This document shows, one piece after another, positions 32,930 to 45,588 of a stretch of DNA of 64,000 bases. The stretch comes from Dictyostelium discoideum. Lineage: Eukaryota. Location: positions 1,856,001 to 1,920,000 of the forward strand of contig CM000151.3 in the NCBI GenBank assembly GCA_000004695.1. The letters are read 5' to 3'. Under the pieces are notes generated by a model, which was not told where the DNA came from, searched no databases, and worked only from the letters and a program-made list of their open reading frames with translations. Every line of letters starts with the position of its first letter. Position 1 is the first letter of the stretch. The position numbers and the translations under genes were made by a program.

Positions 32930-33670
32930 TTTTATTATTGTATTTATATTTATTTATTTATTTATTTATTTATATATATTAATTTATTTATTTATATTTA
33001 TTAATTTAATATTTTAATATTTTTGATTTAATTATTTTATTGGTTTTATATTTTTTTTTTTATTTTAATATTTATACCCCAATTTTAAAAATAAAATAAA
33101 TAATTAAAATAAAATTAAATAAAAAAAAAATTAATTTTTAATTTCAGATTTTTCAATTTCTTTGAAAAAAAGGTCTGAAATTAAAAATTTTTTAACCAAA
33201 CTAATCAGAATATAAAATAACAATCAATTAACAATATAAAAAAGAAGCCAACTGAAAGGGGTCTAAAATTTAAATAATAGTTACAATTAATCAAACTCAA
33301 AATCTCTTAAATAAATTTTATTTGAAAAAAAAAAAAATAAATAATGTAGAAATTGTTGAAATAAATTAAATAAAAAATAAATATTAATAATGTAGAAATT
33401 TAATATATTTTGGAAACATATTTAATTAAAATAACTATTAAAGTTAAATAATAATTTTAAAATAAAAAAAAAAAAAAAAAAAAAAAAAAAGTGATTTAAT
33501 GAGTGTTGTTGATTTAGGTTTTATTACCAAAAAAAAAAAAAAAAAAAAAAACTAATTTGAATTATAAAAAAAAATATAATTTTATTTGAAGTTGTTTTAG
33601 GGAAAAAAAAAAAAAAATTTTTTTAATCGTTTAAATTATTATAATTACTATTATTTTTATATGTTTTTGA

Positions 33671-34563
33671 TTATTTTCTAGATTTCTTTGAGGAACCTTT
33701 TGGAGGTGAAGATAAGTTTGGTTTTGGTGAAGTTGGTGAGGTGGCTGATTGAGTTGAAGAGCTTGATGAATAACTAGATGATAAATTATCTTCGAGATTT
33801 TTTTCTTTTGGTGATTTCTTGGCTATTGGGATTGGAATTGAAGCAGATGGAGAGGTAGTTGTAGTGGTGGTGGTGGTAGTAGTTGGAGTAACTGGAGGTG
33901 GTGGTAAAGAATCACCATCATTGTTAATAATTGGTGGATTACTATTTGAAGATGATTTTAAAGTTGGTAATGAGCTACTACTAGTATTTGGTAAAACTGG
34001 AATTGGAGCTGGTGTAGAAGAAATTGGTCTAGGATTATTACTTCCTAAACCGTTATTATTATTGTTGTGGTTGTTACTACTAACTAAAGGAATTGGGATT
34101 CCATTTGTTGATGAAATTGGGAATTTATTATTATTATTATTATTATCATTATTACCTAAATGTGGATAAGCTGGAAAATCATCCTCATCACCTAAACCTG
34201 TGAATTTATCAATACCACCATCATCATCTTCTTCATCTTCATCATCAAAATGTTTTAAACCACTTTCCCTAGTGACCATTGGGTTTGGAATTAAATCTTT
34301 TTCTAAATTCTTATTACTATTTTTAAAAAATTGTTGTTGTTGTTGTTGATGAGGTGGTTGTTGGTGATTTGGTGAACCAAAATCTTCTATACCTTTTTTC
34401 ATTAAAAATCCTCCTGTTTCTGGGCTATTATTAAAATTGTTATTATTGAATCCATTATTGGTATTAAAATTTTTATTATTATTATTATTATTACTATTAA
34501 AACCGTTACCGTTATTTATAGTTATAGGTTGACCAACTCTATTACCAAAACTACCACTATTAC

Positions 34564-34602
<39 letters not shown>

Positions 34603-37522
34603 AACTATTATTATTGCTACTATTGTTGTTGCTACCAAAACTATTGCCACTATTATTATTATTAATTGGGATTGGAATAGTTGATTTTGAAATTGGAGTT
34701 TTCATTGCATCATTTAATTTTTCAATAATTTCAATATCATCTTCATCTTTGATATTTACAAAGTAAGAACCTGGATTATCAAAAGAGGAACCAGATTTAT
34801 ATTCACCATCCATACCAATACCATTAGAGGGAGAGGTACTAAAACCACCACTACCATAACCATCTTGAATTCTTGGGGAGATATTTTTTCTTTTTTCAAA
34901 TTTAATAACCTCACCTACTGGGTAATCTTGATCGAAAAAGTTAATTTCACTACCACCCTCCATAGAGTTTGAAGAGACAGCGGGTGAAACTGAATTTGAA
35001 GATCTAAATGTAAATTGAGGTACACCCCAGATTGCACGAATCTCTTGACTATGTGTTGTAATTTCAACATTATATAACCATCTTGCTTCTTGATCTTTTG
35101 ACATGTGATGTTGGAGTTGTTGTTTATTAATCTCTGTTAAACTATATGGAATGAATTGACTTTTGTATTCTGGTGATCTAGTTTTTCTACAAACATCCCA
35201 TTCAGCCACTGGTGTGATTGAAAGGCAAAGAGTATTTTCGGCCATTTCTGATGAGATTGGTGGACGTAGTGGTCTAAGTTCATAGAGAATCAATTGACCA
35301 GTTGGAGAGCAAACGAATAAATTCTCTAAATTTGGTTGATTAGATTCAATGAAACAAGCATTACCACCAGACATTAAACAACCTTGTACAACACTACCCA
35401 AGGTTGAAGAGGATGCTTCATCATTATCATTTCCTAATTTAATTCTATCCATTGCATTAATGGTTAGCAATGATGGAGTTAGGTTATTAACCGATGAATA
35501 ATAATCAATTGGTCTCTTACTATTTGGACTACGAGTTATATGAGAATGAATATCAACTTCACCACCTAATGGATTAATTGCAAATATATGTGTTGTACCT
35601 CTAGATGTTGTTAATGCTACCCATTTACTATTTTCACTTGTTGTAATACCTTGAATCGATGCATTTGTAATACCACGTTTTAAAATATAAATATGTCTAT
35701 ATGATTGTTCAAAATTCATTGAACTATTATTATTATTATTATTATTACTACTAATGATTATACCATTACTGTTATTACCACCATTATTATTTATTATATT
35801 ATTATTTGTATTATTATTTGTGTTATTATTACTATTACCGCTAACTATAATACTATTATTATTTGTTGTATTATTGCTATTATTTGTATTATTATTTGTA
35901 TTATTATTATTATTATTATTACTATTTAAACTTAAACTATTATTAATTATAATACCACTATTATTACTATTATTTATATTATTGTTATTATTGTTATTAT
36001 TACTATTTACACTTGTTGATAATGGAGATGATATAGTTAAAGAATTTGTAAATGGTATAATTTGATAAGTGTTTACTTTTGTACCTTCGGTTGTACTTGT
36101 AAACAAAAGTGTACCAGTTGGATCAAAAGCCAAATAAGAGATTGGATGAGTATGAGGTGGTTTAATGAGTGAAACTATTCTTTGTTTCACAAAATCAAAA
36201 ACAACAATAACACTTGCTGCATCTGGTTTATCGTTCATTCCACCACTACCACCACCACCCAATTGGGGTGCATTACCCATTGCCAACGATGATGTAGAGT
36301 TTGGACTTGTACCTAAAATTGATTGCTCATGATTTTCTGGATATAAATAACTTGATACTTTTTTTCTACCAATATCACCAAAATAATATAATTTCTGTGC
36401 TACCTCTTTTGCAATATCACTGGCAACATCGACTGCTGTATCACTAAAGGTTTGATTTTGTGGTACTGATGGATTACGATTTTGACTATATCCAATACCA
36501 CCACCACCACCGCCACTACTACCACTACCATTACTACTACCACCACCAAAGTAATGACTTGAGTGATGATGACCACCAATGAATGAATAGGATGATTCAT
36601 AATCTGTATATGCAATCCAACGAGATCCCAATGCAATTACACCCAATGATGTTACACTTGGATAACAAGGTAATGATAATCCTTTGATTTTACTCATATC
36701 ATTGGCATTAAATCCTACAATTCTCTCTTTTAACACCACCAATATAATTTGTTGATTCGATAATACATTATAAATTGGTGACTTAAATTTGTACATACTA
36801 ATTAATTCTGTTGTTTGTAATGAAAATATTCTAACCATATTTTTTGTAACTTTTGGATTATCTTCACCTGAACTAAAAAAAATTAAATAATAAAAATAAA
36901 AAAAATAAAAAAAAAAGATTAGTATTTTTTTAATATATATATATATATATATATAAAACAAAAATTAACACATACACAACAGCTAATAATGGTCTTTTAC
37001 CATAAAATGATGATGATTCATTATCAGGTTCTAAAGGATTTGTTAAAACCTTACAAAATTTTGTAAGTCCATCTCTACATGATAACAATTCCTTAACTCC
37101 ATCTGTATGATTTAAATCCCAAACTTGAAAACCATTATTATAACAATTTATTAAAATTTTATGTCTTAAAAATGAATAATTTTTTTTTTTTTTTTTTTTT
37201 TGTATTTAATAAAAGAAATAAAATAAAATAATTAATATCCTCCTTTTTTTTAAAAAAAAATATATATATAATTTTATATTTACTTTTCACCTTGAATAAA
37301 ACATTCATCAAAATAAGTACCAACTATAGTATCTTTTTCTTCAAATGTTACAGGTGAATTCATAATTTGTTTCTTTATTGATGATTTAATACTACTTGGA
37401 ATGTAGGATGAAATACCTTTAATATAACCTGTAATTACGGATTGATTAAGATAATTGGTTTTCTCCTCTGCTTTCATTCCTCCATAACCTGAATTTGTAT
37501 GATTTAATGCATTTTGGTACAT
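33671..37522 (-). CDS. BCAS3-like WD40/beta-propeller protein (PROPPIN-related) with a long low-complexity Asn/Ser/Gly-rich C-terminal half; join(37522..37284,37164..36976,36872..33671) on the minus strand.
   Basis: Exon 1 (MYQNALNHTNSGYGG ... FIQGEK) ends at a GTAAAT donor. Exon 2 (HKILINCYNNGFQVWDLNHTDGVKELLSCRDG ... FYGKRPLLAVV) ends at a GTATGT donor. Exon 3 follows a TTTTTTTTAG acceptor. The motifs FKSPIYNVLSNQQIILVVLKERIVGF, VIALGSRWIAYTDYE and YLAFDPTGTLLFTSTTEGTKVNTYQIIP match BCAS3 (FKTPIYDL..ILVVVLQEKIAAF, ALGSRWLAYAENK, TDTLGHDFHVFQI). Confidence 0.75.
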
Positions 37523-38597
37523 TGTTTTTATTATACTTTTGTTGTTATTATTGTTGCTGCTGCTGCTGCTTTATTATTATATTATTACTGTGGCGCTACT
37601 ACTACTACTACTAAACTAAACTAATCTAACCAAACTACAACTAAATTTTATTTCCTTCTGTTGGATTTTGGAGTGAGTGACCTATTTGTTTGTTTGTAGT
37701 ATGAGAGTGAGTTGATATTTTTTTTTTTTTTTTTTTTTTTTAATTTAAAAAATAGTGTTATTTATTTGACTGTTTTTTATTACTATATTATTAATTGTGT
37801 GTGTGTGAAAATTTAAAGAATTGAAAAAATAAAAAAAAATTAAAAAAGAAAAAAAAAAAAAAAGAAAAAAATAAAATTAAAAAAAATAAAAAAAAAAAAG
37901 AAAAAAAATTGAAAAAATGTTTTTAAGATAATGTGAGTTTATTATTATATAATTAACACTATATACGTGTATTACTATTATTATATTGTTTTTATTTTAT
38001 ATGAAGTCCAAAAAAATTAAGTTTGGAAATTTAAGAAATTTAATTAAAAAATAAAAAAAAAATAAGAGGAAAAATAAAAAAAAAATTATAAAAAATTTTT
38101 TTTTGAAAAAATAAAAAAAAAAAAAAATTAAAAAATTAAAGAAAATATCAAAACAATCCAATCAATGATTGGGTTGCCACCTCTTTTAAAGTTTTGTAGA
38201 AAAAAAATAAAAAAAAAAAAAACAATAAAAAATAATAAAAAAAAATAATAAAAAAAACAATAAAAAATAAAAAAACAAAAAGAAAAAAAAGGCAAAATGA
38301 AAATTTTTATTTTTTTTCAAATAATTTAATTTAATTTAACACCTGTTGTGTAGTTAATATGAAAATATTAATTATTTTTATTTTTATTTTTATTTTTTTT
38401 TCAAATAATTTAATTTTTTTTTATTTTATTTGGGTTTAATTTAATTTTTAAATAAAAAAAAAAAAGGCATGAAATTTTTAAGGTTTGAATTAGAAATTAA
38501 TTTGGGTAAACCCAGATTATAATTTTTTTTTTTTTTTTTATATATATTATTTTTTATTTTTATTATTTTTTTTTTTTTTTTTTTATTATTATTTTTT

Positions 38598-40277
38598 TTA
38601 ACCCTGGAATTCATTTTCTATTTTCGTAATTGATTCATATGGAATGAAATGAATTCCTTTCTTTAAATAAGATTCCATTTGATGATATCTATCTCTCCAT
38701 TCAGAACTTGAAGTGAATAAATCTTTATGTTGATTTACAAGTGTTTGAATGATACAAAATTTCCATTCCTTTGCCAATTTTGTAGATTCATTTTGTCTAT
38801 TCATCAAGTATTCAAAGAAACCAGCCATTTTAATGACTTCAGAAGCACCCCATGAATGAACACATAATGCTTGAATTAATGAAAAGCTTGCCATTTTTAT
38901 ATCCTCAATTGGTGAGTTATAATTCTTTGTCATCTTTGACATTAGTAAACCATCTGGTAGGGATCGATAAATTTGATAAAGTTTATCAGACACTAAATAA
39001 ATCTTGTCATTTGGTTTCAACATTATTGAGAATGAATTATAACTTGTCACGATTGTCTCTTGATCATTTGATAAAAAGAATTCAGTATATGATCTAACAA
39101 ATGATTCATCCCTAATTATTAAATCCAATCCTTTAGAATTCTTACCAATGATACCAATTGATGCTAAAATTGTCATTTTCAACTTTCTAGATAATTCATT
39201 CTCTGAATGATTCAAATGATATTTAAATATCTCTATAAACTTTTTACCATATTCACCATTAATAAAGAATAACATCTCTGTCTTTTCATTTGATAATTGT
39301 GATACATTTGCTAAAAATGATATAATTTTATTTAAAATTGGTGATTCTGATAAAATATCACTACTACCACTACCATCATCATTGGTGGTGGTCGTTGTTG
39401 TTTTCTTAAAAATTTCATATAATGAATTTATCATACCAGAATTAATAATTGATTGTAATGCAACAGTGTATTTACACGATTCTTGAATGATTTCTAATAT
39501 ATTCATTTGAGTGATTTGATCTTTACCTGTAGAATCATTGAAAGCTGATACTAGTATACTTATGAATGGTTCTCTATATTTTTTAAAAACTTGTTCATTA
39601 TATTCCTCCTCTTCTTTTGAGATTGATTTTGTATTTGAATTAATAATTGATGGATCTATTGAACTGTTACCAATTGAATGATTTGGTTTGAGTGTTTCAA
39701 TTTGTGGTACACCAACACCTAAACTATTATTTGTATTCGACTCTTCCAAATTCAAATTTAAATTCAATAATAGTGAACCAATTACAAGAATTCTAAAAAA
39801 TATAACCTTATTTGAATTTGCTAATGAATATTGTAATACTAATTTTTTAAATGTTTCATTAAACCAATCGCTTTTCTCATCATTATTCAATAGGATAGGT
39901 TTATTGTATTTTTTATTTGATATTATTGTTGTGAATAAATCTATTACTGCTTGTGAGATACTGATAGAGTCAGAGGTGATTTGAGTGAAAACTAATTGTA
40001 AAATACCAGTCTCATTGAAATGTTGCATTGTAATCTCTGGATTCTTCTTTATTGCCATATTTAACATTTTAATTGTAACTAATGCAACCTCGGTATGTAC
40101 TTCGCTACTACCACTTAAAGCAATCTTTAAATAAGGTTCTATCTCTTTAGTTACTAATAATTTATAACTATTAATATTATTTGTTAATGTTTTTTTAATA
40201 TTATAACAACAATCTAATAATTCATCTTCATTTTTACTATTTTTTAATTCTTCAAATGATTTAATTAATTCATTCAT
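38598..40277 (-). CDS. 26S proteasome non-ATPase regulatory subunit 5 (PSMD5/S5b, Hsm3-like assembly chaperone) homologue; ARM/HEAT-like repeats.
   Basis: 559-aa single-exon ORF. The C-terminal block EDIKMASFSLIQALCVHSWGASEVIKMAGFFEYLMNRQNESTKLAKEWKFCIIQTLVN resembles the PSMD5 C-terminus ([56 protein letters not shown]). Assignment is from memory of the family and needs a profile search. Confidence 0.55.
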   Translation of the reverse strand: MNELIKSFEELKNSKNEDELLDCCYNIKKTLTNNINSYKLLVTKEIEPYLKIALSGSSEVHTEVALVTIKMLNMAIKKNPEITMQHFNETGILQLVFTQITSDSISISQAVIDLFTTIISNKKYNKPILLNNDEKSDWFNETFKKLVLQYSLANSNKVIFFRILVIGSLLLNLNLNLEESNTNNSLGVGVPQIETLKPNHSIGNSSIDPSIINSNTKSISKEEEEYNEQVFKKYREPFISILVSAFNDSTGKDQITQMNILEIIQESCKYTVALQSIINSGMINSLYEIFKKTTTTTTNDDGSGSSDILSESPILNKIISFLANVSQLSNEKTEMLFFINGEYGKKFIEIFKYHLNHSENELSRKLKMTILASIGIIGKNSKGLDLIIRDESFVRSYTEFFLSNDQETIVTSYNSFSIMLKPNDKIYLVSDKLYQIYRSLPDGLLMSKMTKNYNSPIEDIKMASFSLIQALCVHSWGASEVIKMAGFFEYLMNRQNESTKLAKEWKFCIIQTLVNQHKDLFTSSSEWRDRYHQMESYLKKGIHFIPYESITKIENEFQG

Positions 40278-40678
40278 TTCTTTATTTCTTTATTTAAATT
40301 ATTATGAATATAAATATAAAAAAAATAATAAAAAAAAAAAAAAGAAAAATATAAAGTTTTAGAAAGAAATTAGAAAAACAAATTTTCAAAAATATAAAAA
40401 AAAATTTTAAAAAAAAAAATAAATTTTAATTAAAAAAAAAAAAAATTAAAAAATATAAAATTTTTGCATTTTGTTGAAGTTGAATTTTTTTAATTTTTTT
40501 TTTAATTTATTTTTTTTTTTTTTTTTTTTTTTTAATTTTTTTTAATTTTTTTTTTTGACCATCACACTTTTAATATATTTTTTTATTTTTATTAATTATT
40601 TACTTTTTTTTCTTTTATTTATTTTGTACAATATAAATATATATATATATATATATACACCCACACACATACATAAAA

Positions 40679-41200
40679 ATGAATCGTTCATTAATGTCAT
40701 TATTAGGTCGTGAAGGTTTAGGTGAAAAGATTACAGACGCTACACCTTTACCAGATACAGCAGAAACAATTCATATCTCTTCATTAGCTTTATTAAAAAT
40801 GTTACAACATGGTAAGAATATTCTATTTATTATTATTTTTAATATTGTATAAAATTAACATTTTTTTTTTTATTTTTTTTATTTTTTTTTTTTTTTATTT
40901 TTATATAGCAAGAGCTGGTGTACCATTAGAAGTTATGGGTTTAATGTTAGGTGAATTAATTGATGAATATACAATTAGAGTTATTGATGTATTTGCAATG
41001 CCACAAAGTGGTACATCAGTTAGTGTAGAAGCAATTGATCCAGTATTCCAAACTAAAATGCTTGATATGTTAAAACAAACTGGTAGAGATGAAATTGTTA
41101 TTGGTTGGTATCACAGTCATCCTGGCTTTGGTTGTTGGTTATCAAGTGTTGATGTCAATACTCAACAAGTATGTATACAATTTAAACAAAAATATATAAA

Positions 41201-41231
<31 letters not shown>

Positions 41232-41925
41232 CACTTTATTAATAAAATTTTGAAATAAATAAATAAATAAATAAATAAAAGAGTTTTGAACAATTACAAT
41301 CAAGAGCAGTTGCAGTTGTAGTTGATCCATTACAATCAGTTCGTGGTAAAGTTGTAATTGATGCATTCAGAACCATTAAAACTTCACCAACAGCAGAACC
41401 AAGACAAATTACAAGTAATCTTGGTCATTTACAAGATCCATCCATTCAAGCATTAATTCATGGTCTCAATAGAAATTATTATTCCATTGCTATCAATTAT
41501 CGTAAGAATGAATTGGAACAAAAAATGTTATTAAATCTTCATAAAAAGAAATGGACTGAAGGTTTAATCGTTGATAAATTTGATACTCATGAACAATCAA
41601 ATGAAAAACAAATTAATGTAATTATTATTTAAAATCTATATATAAATATATATATATTTAATTATTGACTTAACTTTAATATTAACATTTTTATTTTCAT
41701 TTTTTTATTTTATTTATTTTTATCTTAAAATAGAATTTATTGGAATTAACTAAACAATATCAAAAATCAATTCAAGATGAAGATAAGATTGAACCAGAAA
41801 AGAAGGAAGTTTCAGCAGTTGGTAAATTAGATCCAAAGAGACATTTAATCTCTGATGTTCACACATTAATGGCCAACAACGTTGTTAGAGTGTTAACTGT
41901 TATGCTTGACACTGTAACTTTCTAA
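40679..41925 (+). CDS. psmD14: 26S proteasome lid deubiquitinase Rpn11/PSMD14 (JAMM/MPN+ metalloprotease); join(40679..40811,40909..41168,41282..41617,41734..41925).
   Basis: Near-identity to Rpn11 across its length: [63 protein letters not shown], the JAMM motif [69 protein letters not shown], and MLDTVTF*. Three short introns with GTAAGA/GTATGT/GTAATT donors and AG acceptors keep the frame. Confidence 0.9.
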
Positions 41926-42277
41926 AAAAAAAAAACTAAAAAACTAAAAAAAGAACTAAAAAAAAAAAAAAACAAATAAAAAAAAAAAAAAAAACAAATA
42001 AAATAAAAAAAAAAAAAAAACAAATAATTAAATTTTTTATTACTTTTTTTCAATCACCCCTTTTTAAAACCGATTTTTCAGTTGGAATTCAATTTATTTT
42101 AATTTAAAATTTGAATTTTTTTTTTTTTTTTTTTTTATTTTTTTATTTTCTAAAAAAAAAAAAAAATAAAAAACGAAAATAAAAAGTTTCAAATTTTTTT
42201 TATTTTCTTTTTTTATTCTTTAATCGTTCATACCCACTATCTCTTCTATATTCACATATATACATATACATAAAAAA

Positions 42278-43240
42278 ATGATGCAATTTTTTGGTACTAT
42301 CGTAACTAAAGAAGAACCAGTAAATCTTGAATTAGATGAAGGTGATATTTTCCATTTAACTAAAGTATGTAAAATAACTATTATACAATTATATATATTT
42401 TTTAAAAAGAAGAATTATTAACCAAACCTAATTTTCATTTTATTTTGTTTTTTTTATTTTACTTATTTATTTTTTTAATAGGCTATTATTCATCCAAAAT
42501 CTCAAGGTAAAGGTAAAGTTTATTTAACTGCAGTTATTAGTTTAATGGAAGAAGATGAAATGGAAGAAGATGATGTTGATGATGAAGAAGAATCACCAAG
42601 AGAAGATATAGTTGAAATTCCAATTGGTATTTTAGAAGCTGGTAAAATTGATCAAATCGATCTCAATTTACATTATAATTTTGGACAAATCGTTAGATTT
42701 GAACTCCAAGCTGAAAATGGTGCTGGTTATGTTGTTGCTCTTTCTGGTTCAGTTATCACCATGGAACAAGGTGGTTGTGATGATGAAGATTGTGATGATG
42801 AACACTGCATCAATCATGAAGATGATGAAGAAATCGATAGTGATGAAGAGTTCGGTGACTCTGATCAAGATGAAGAAGATTCCGATGATGAAGAAATCCC
42901 ACAATTAATTGCACCAGCCACTAAAAAAGGTAAAATCACAGAAATCTCAGAAGTCCCAGAATCAAAGAAAGAAAAAACTCCAGAACCAAAGAAAGTTCCA
43001 GAACCAAAGAAAGAACAAGTTAAACAACCAACCCAACCACAACAAAAGAAAGCTGCTGCTCAACAACCAGAAAAAGCCAACAATAAACCAGCCGCTGCTT
43101 CACCAGCTAAACCACAAAACAATCAATCTAAAAATGCACCAAAACAACCACAACAACAACAACAATCACCAGCCAAAAATAATAACAACAAAAGACCACA
43201 AAACCAAAACGAAAACAACAAAAAGAAACAAAAAAACTAA
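42278..43240 (+). CDS. Nucleoplasmin-like (HD2/FKBP-N-terminal type NPL fold) acidic nuclear protein with a Lys/Pro/Gln-rich C-terminal tail; join(42278..42364,42482..43240).
   Basis: Exon 1 MMQFFGTIVTKEEPVNLELDEGDIFHLTK ends at a GTATGT donor. Exon 2 AIIHPKSQGKGKVYLTAVISLMEEDEMEEDD continues the FWG-type NPL beta-barrel start. Long D/E tracts follow, then a basic KKxPEPKK/Q-rich tail with NLS-like patches. Confidence 0.45.
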
Positions 43241-43838
43241 ATAGTCAATAAATTTATTCTTTTAATATAACTTTTTTTTTTATTTTATTATTTTTTCCTA
43301 AATTAATAGATTAAATTGTTATAACCATTTAGATTTTATAAACATATCATCTTTTTATTCTTTTATTAAATTTTAATAACCTTTTTTATTTTTTTTTATT
43401 TTCCATTATTTTTTTGTCGGGAAAAACTAAAAATAAAAATATATTAAAAAACTATTTTTTTTTTTTTTTTTTTTTTTTAAAAAATATATCCCATAACCAT
43501 TTGAAAAGGAAAAGTACTTTAAGAAAGATTAATTTTCATATGAAAAAATTAACTTTTAATAATCGTGTTTTTGTGTACGGGCGTCTTGGGTACTAACTTG
43601 ACCTCCAAAGAAAAACACTAAGACCAAATCCTTTGGCTGATCATTTTGACTTTTTAATTGTCATTTGTTAAAACTCGTTGAAGGTATATTTTAAAAAATA
43701 AATTTTAAAAAAAAAATGTAATTGTTTATGTTATTATATTTAAACATTATCAAAATTATTACTTTTAAGAAATTCATTTTCTGGGTGATTGGAAAAAATT
43801 AAGAAGAATAACATGTTTATTCAATCAATAATGGTAAA

Positions 43839-43875
<37 letters not shown>

Positions 43876-43909
43876 AATAAATAAAAGATTCATTTTTAAA
43901 ATTTTATTT

Positions 43910-44961
43910 CTATTTTTTATTTATTGTTTTATTTTTTAGAGATTTTTTTTTTAATTTTTGACATTCTTGGATTAAATCTAATTGATAATTTGCAATTTCT
44001 TCAACTTTGTCTTTAATTAAATTTTGTTTTGAAGTAATTGATTTAAATTGATCTTTGATAGGAGATAAATCAAAATCAATTTTTAAATTTGCTTCCAACT
44101 TTTTGAATTCAAGAACCTTCTCTTTTAATTCATGATATATTAATTTTGTTGTTTCATCAGTTACTTGGGAGATTAGTTCTATATTTTCCATATAATAGGA
44201 AAGAAGAGATTTTAAAGTTTTCAATTTTTTATCTCTTGCTACTGATTGCTTGTAAAATGAAATAAAAGCACCAACAAGGCAACCAAATGTTAAAAGTACT
44301 GGAGCACAAATAGGCGCAACAACTGATAGTGAAGTGGCTCCTACAGCGATCAGAGACGTGACACCAACAGCTTCAGTAGCTCCAATCGCAGTTACACTAC
44401 CAATTCCTAAAAATCCTGATATTACCCCAAACAAAGATGAGAACTTGGTAAGAAATTGAGACTTTTCTGCTTTATCAATTCCTTGAAATAGTTTTTTGGA
44501 GTTTTCAAAAAAAACATCGATTTTCTTTTTTAATTCTTCATCATTAACATTTTTTTCAGTAAATTTATTTGTTAACCCATCTATATTTTTCAATAAGGGG
44601 TCGATAAGTTTATCAATCATTGAACTTATCTCTTTTATTTTCTCTTGGTCATTTGATTGAATTTCTTTTTTATTCTCCAAAGTTAGTCTTTCAATTGTAC
44701 TAATTTGAGATTCTAATACAATTATTTCCACATCAATTATATTAACCCTTGTACTAAAGCTTGTTAATAATTCATTTAATAAACTATTGTTTATTGACAT
44801 TTCGATCATTAATTTTTTTAAAACCAATTTTTCTTTATCATTTTGTTGAGTTAACATTGTTTTGATTTTATCCATTGAATCAAATGCGATTTGAAAAGCT
44901 TCTCCATTACTTTTTGTTTTGGGATCTGCTTTTTTAATAATTGTTAAAGAATTATTATTTT

Positions 44962-44965
<4 letters not shown>
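43910..44965 (-). CDS. Coiled-coil protein with a central 50-aa Gly/Ala/Val-rich hydrophobic hairpin (predicted membrane-inserting); divergent paralogue of 45589..46665.
   Basis: 351 aa. K/E/L/I-rich heptad-like N-terminal and C-terminal halves. The centre reads FSSLFGVISGFLGIGSVTAIGATEAVGVTSLIAVGATSLSVVAPICAPVLLTFGCLVGAFISFY. The start codon abuts a 91-nt poly(dT). Confidence 0.5.
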
Positions 44966-45047
<82 letters not shown>

Positions 45048-45055
45048 TTGTTTAT
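44965..45055. repeat. 91-nt uninterrupted poly(dT) on the plus strand (poly(dA) in the 5' leader sense of the minus-strand gene), lying between two divergently transcribed paralogues.
   Basis: Direct reading of the sequence. Further A/T homopolymers lie at 45121..45150. Confidence 0.9.
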
Positions 45056-45119
45056 ATAGTTATAATTTTTTATTTTTGAAAATTATAATTTAATTGTTTT
45101 GGTTGTTTGTATAGCAAAA

Positions 45120-45152
<33 letters not shown>

Positions 45153-45588
45153 TAAAAATTAATAAAAATAATTCAACACAATTTTGAGGAAAATTTATTT
45201 TTTGTAAAATACATTGACCTACCAAAATACCCAAAAAATAAATTGATGAGTTAAAAATAAAATTTTACCCACATATTCAAAATAAATAAATAAATATATT
45301 GTATGTTTTGTAAAATCCAACCAATAAAAAACATTTGCTAAGCAGAATACACAAAGTAAAAAAATAATTTGATAAGTTAAAAATAAAAATTCACCCACAT
45401 GCATTGTATTTTTTTTTTCAAGGCAAAATAACTTATTATTTTAAGAAATTTATAAATTTTACATTTATGTTATAATTGTTTTTGTTTTTATTTTTAATTT
45501 TATTTTTATTTTTTAATTTTTACATATTTTCATTAATATATTAATATAAAAATATATTTTTATAACAAGTAATTTCCTTTTTTATAAA

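Noticed and set aside
33671-36961. N-terminal MFYIYIYIYIKKILIFFFYFF of track ORF 33671..36961.
   Set aside because: This is intron read-through. The BCAS3-like exon starts at 36872 after a poly-pyrimidine/AG acceptor, and two upstream exons supply the real N-terminus.
40809-41258. Track ORF 40809..41258 starting [21 protein letters not shown].
   Set aside because: The first 34 residues are read-through of intron 1 of psmD14. The real exon begins at 40909 after a TATATAG acceptor.
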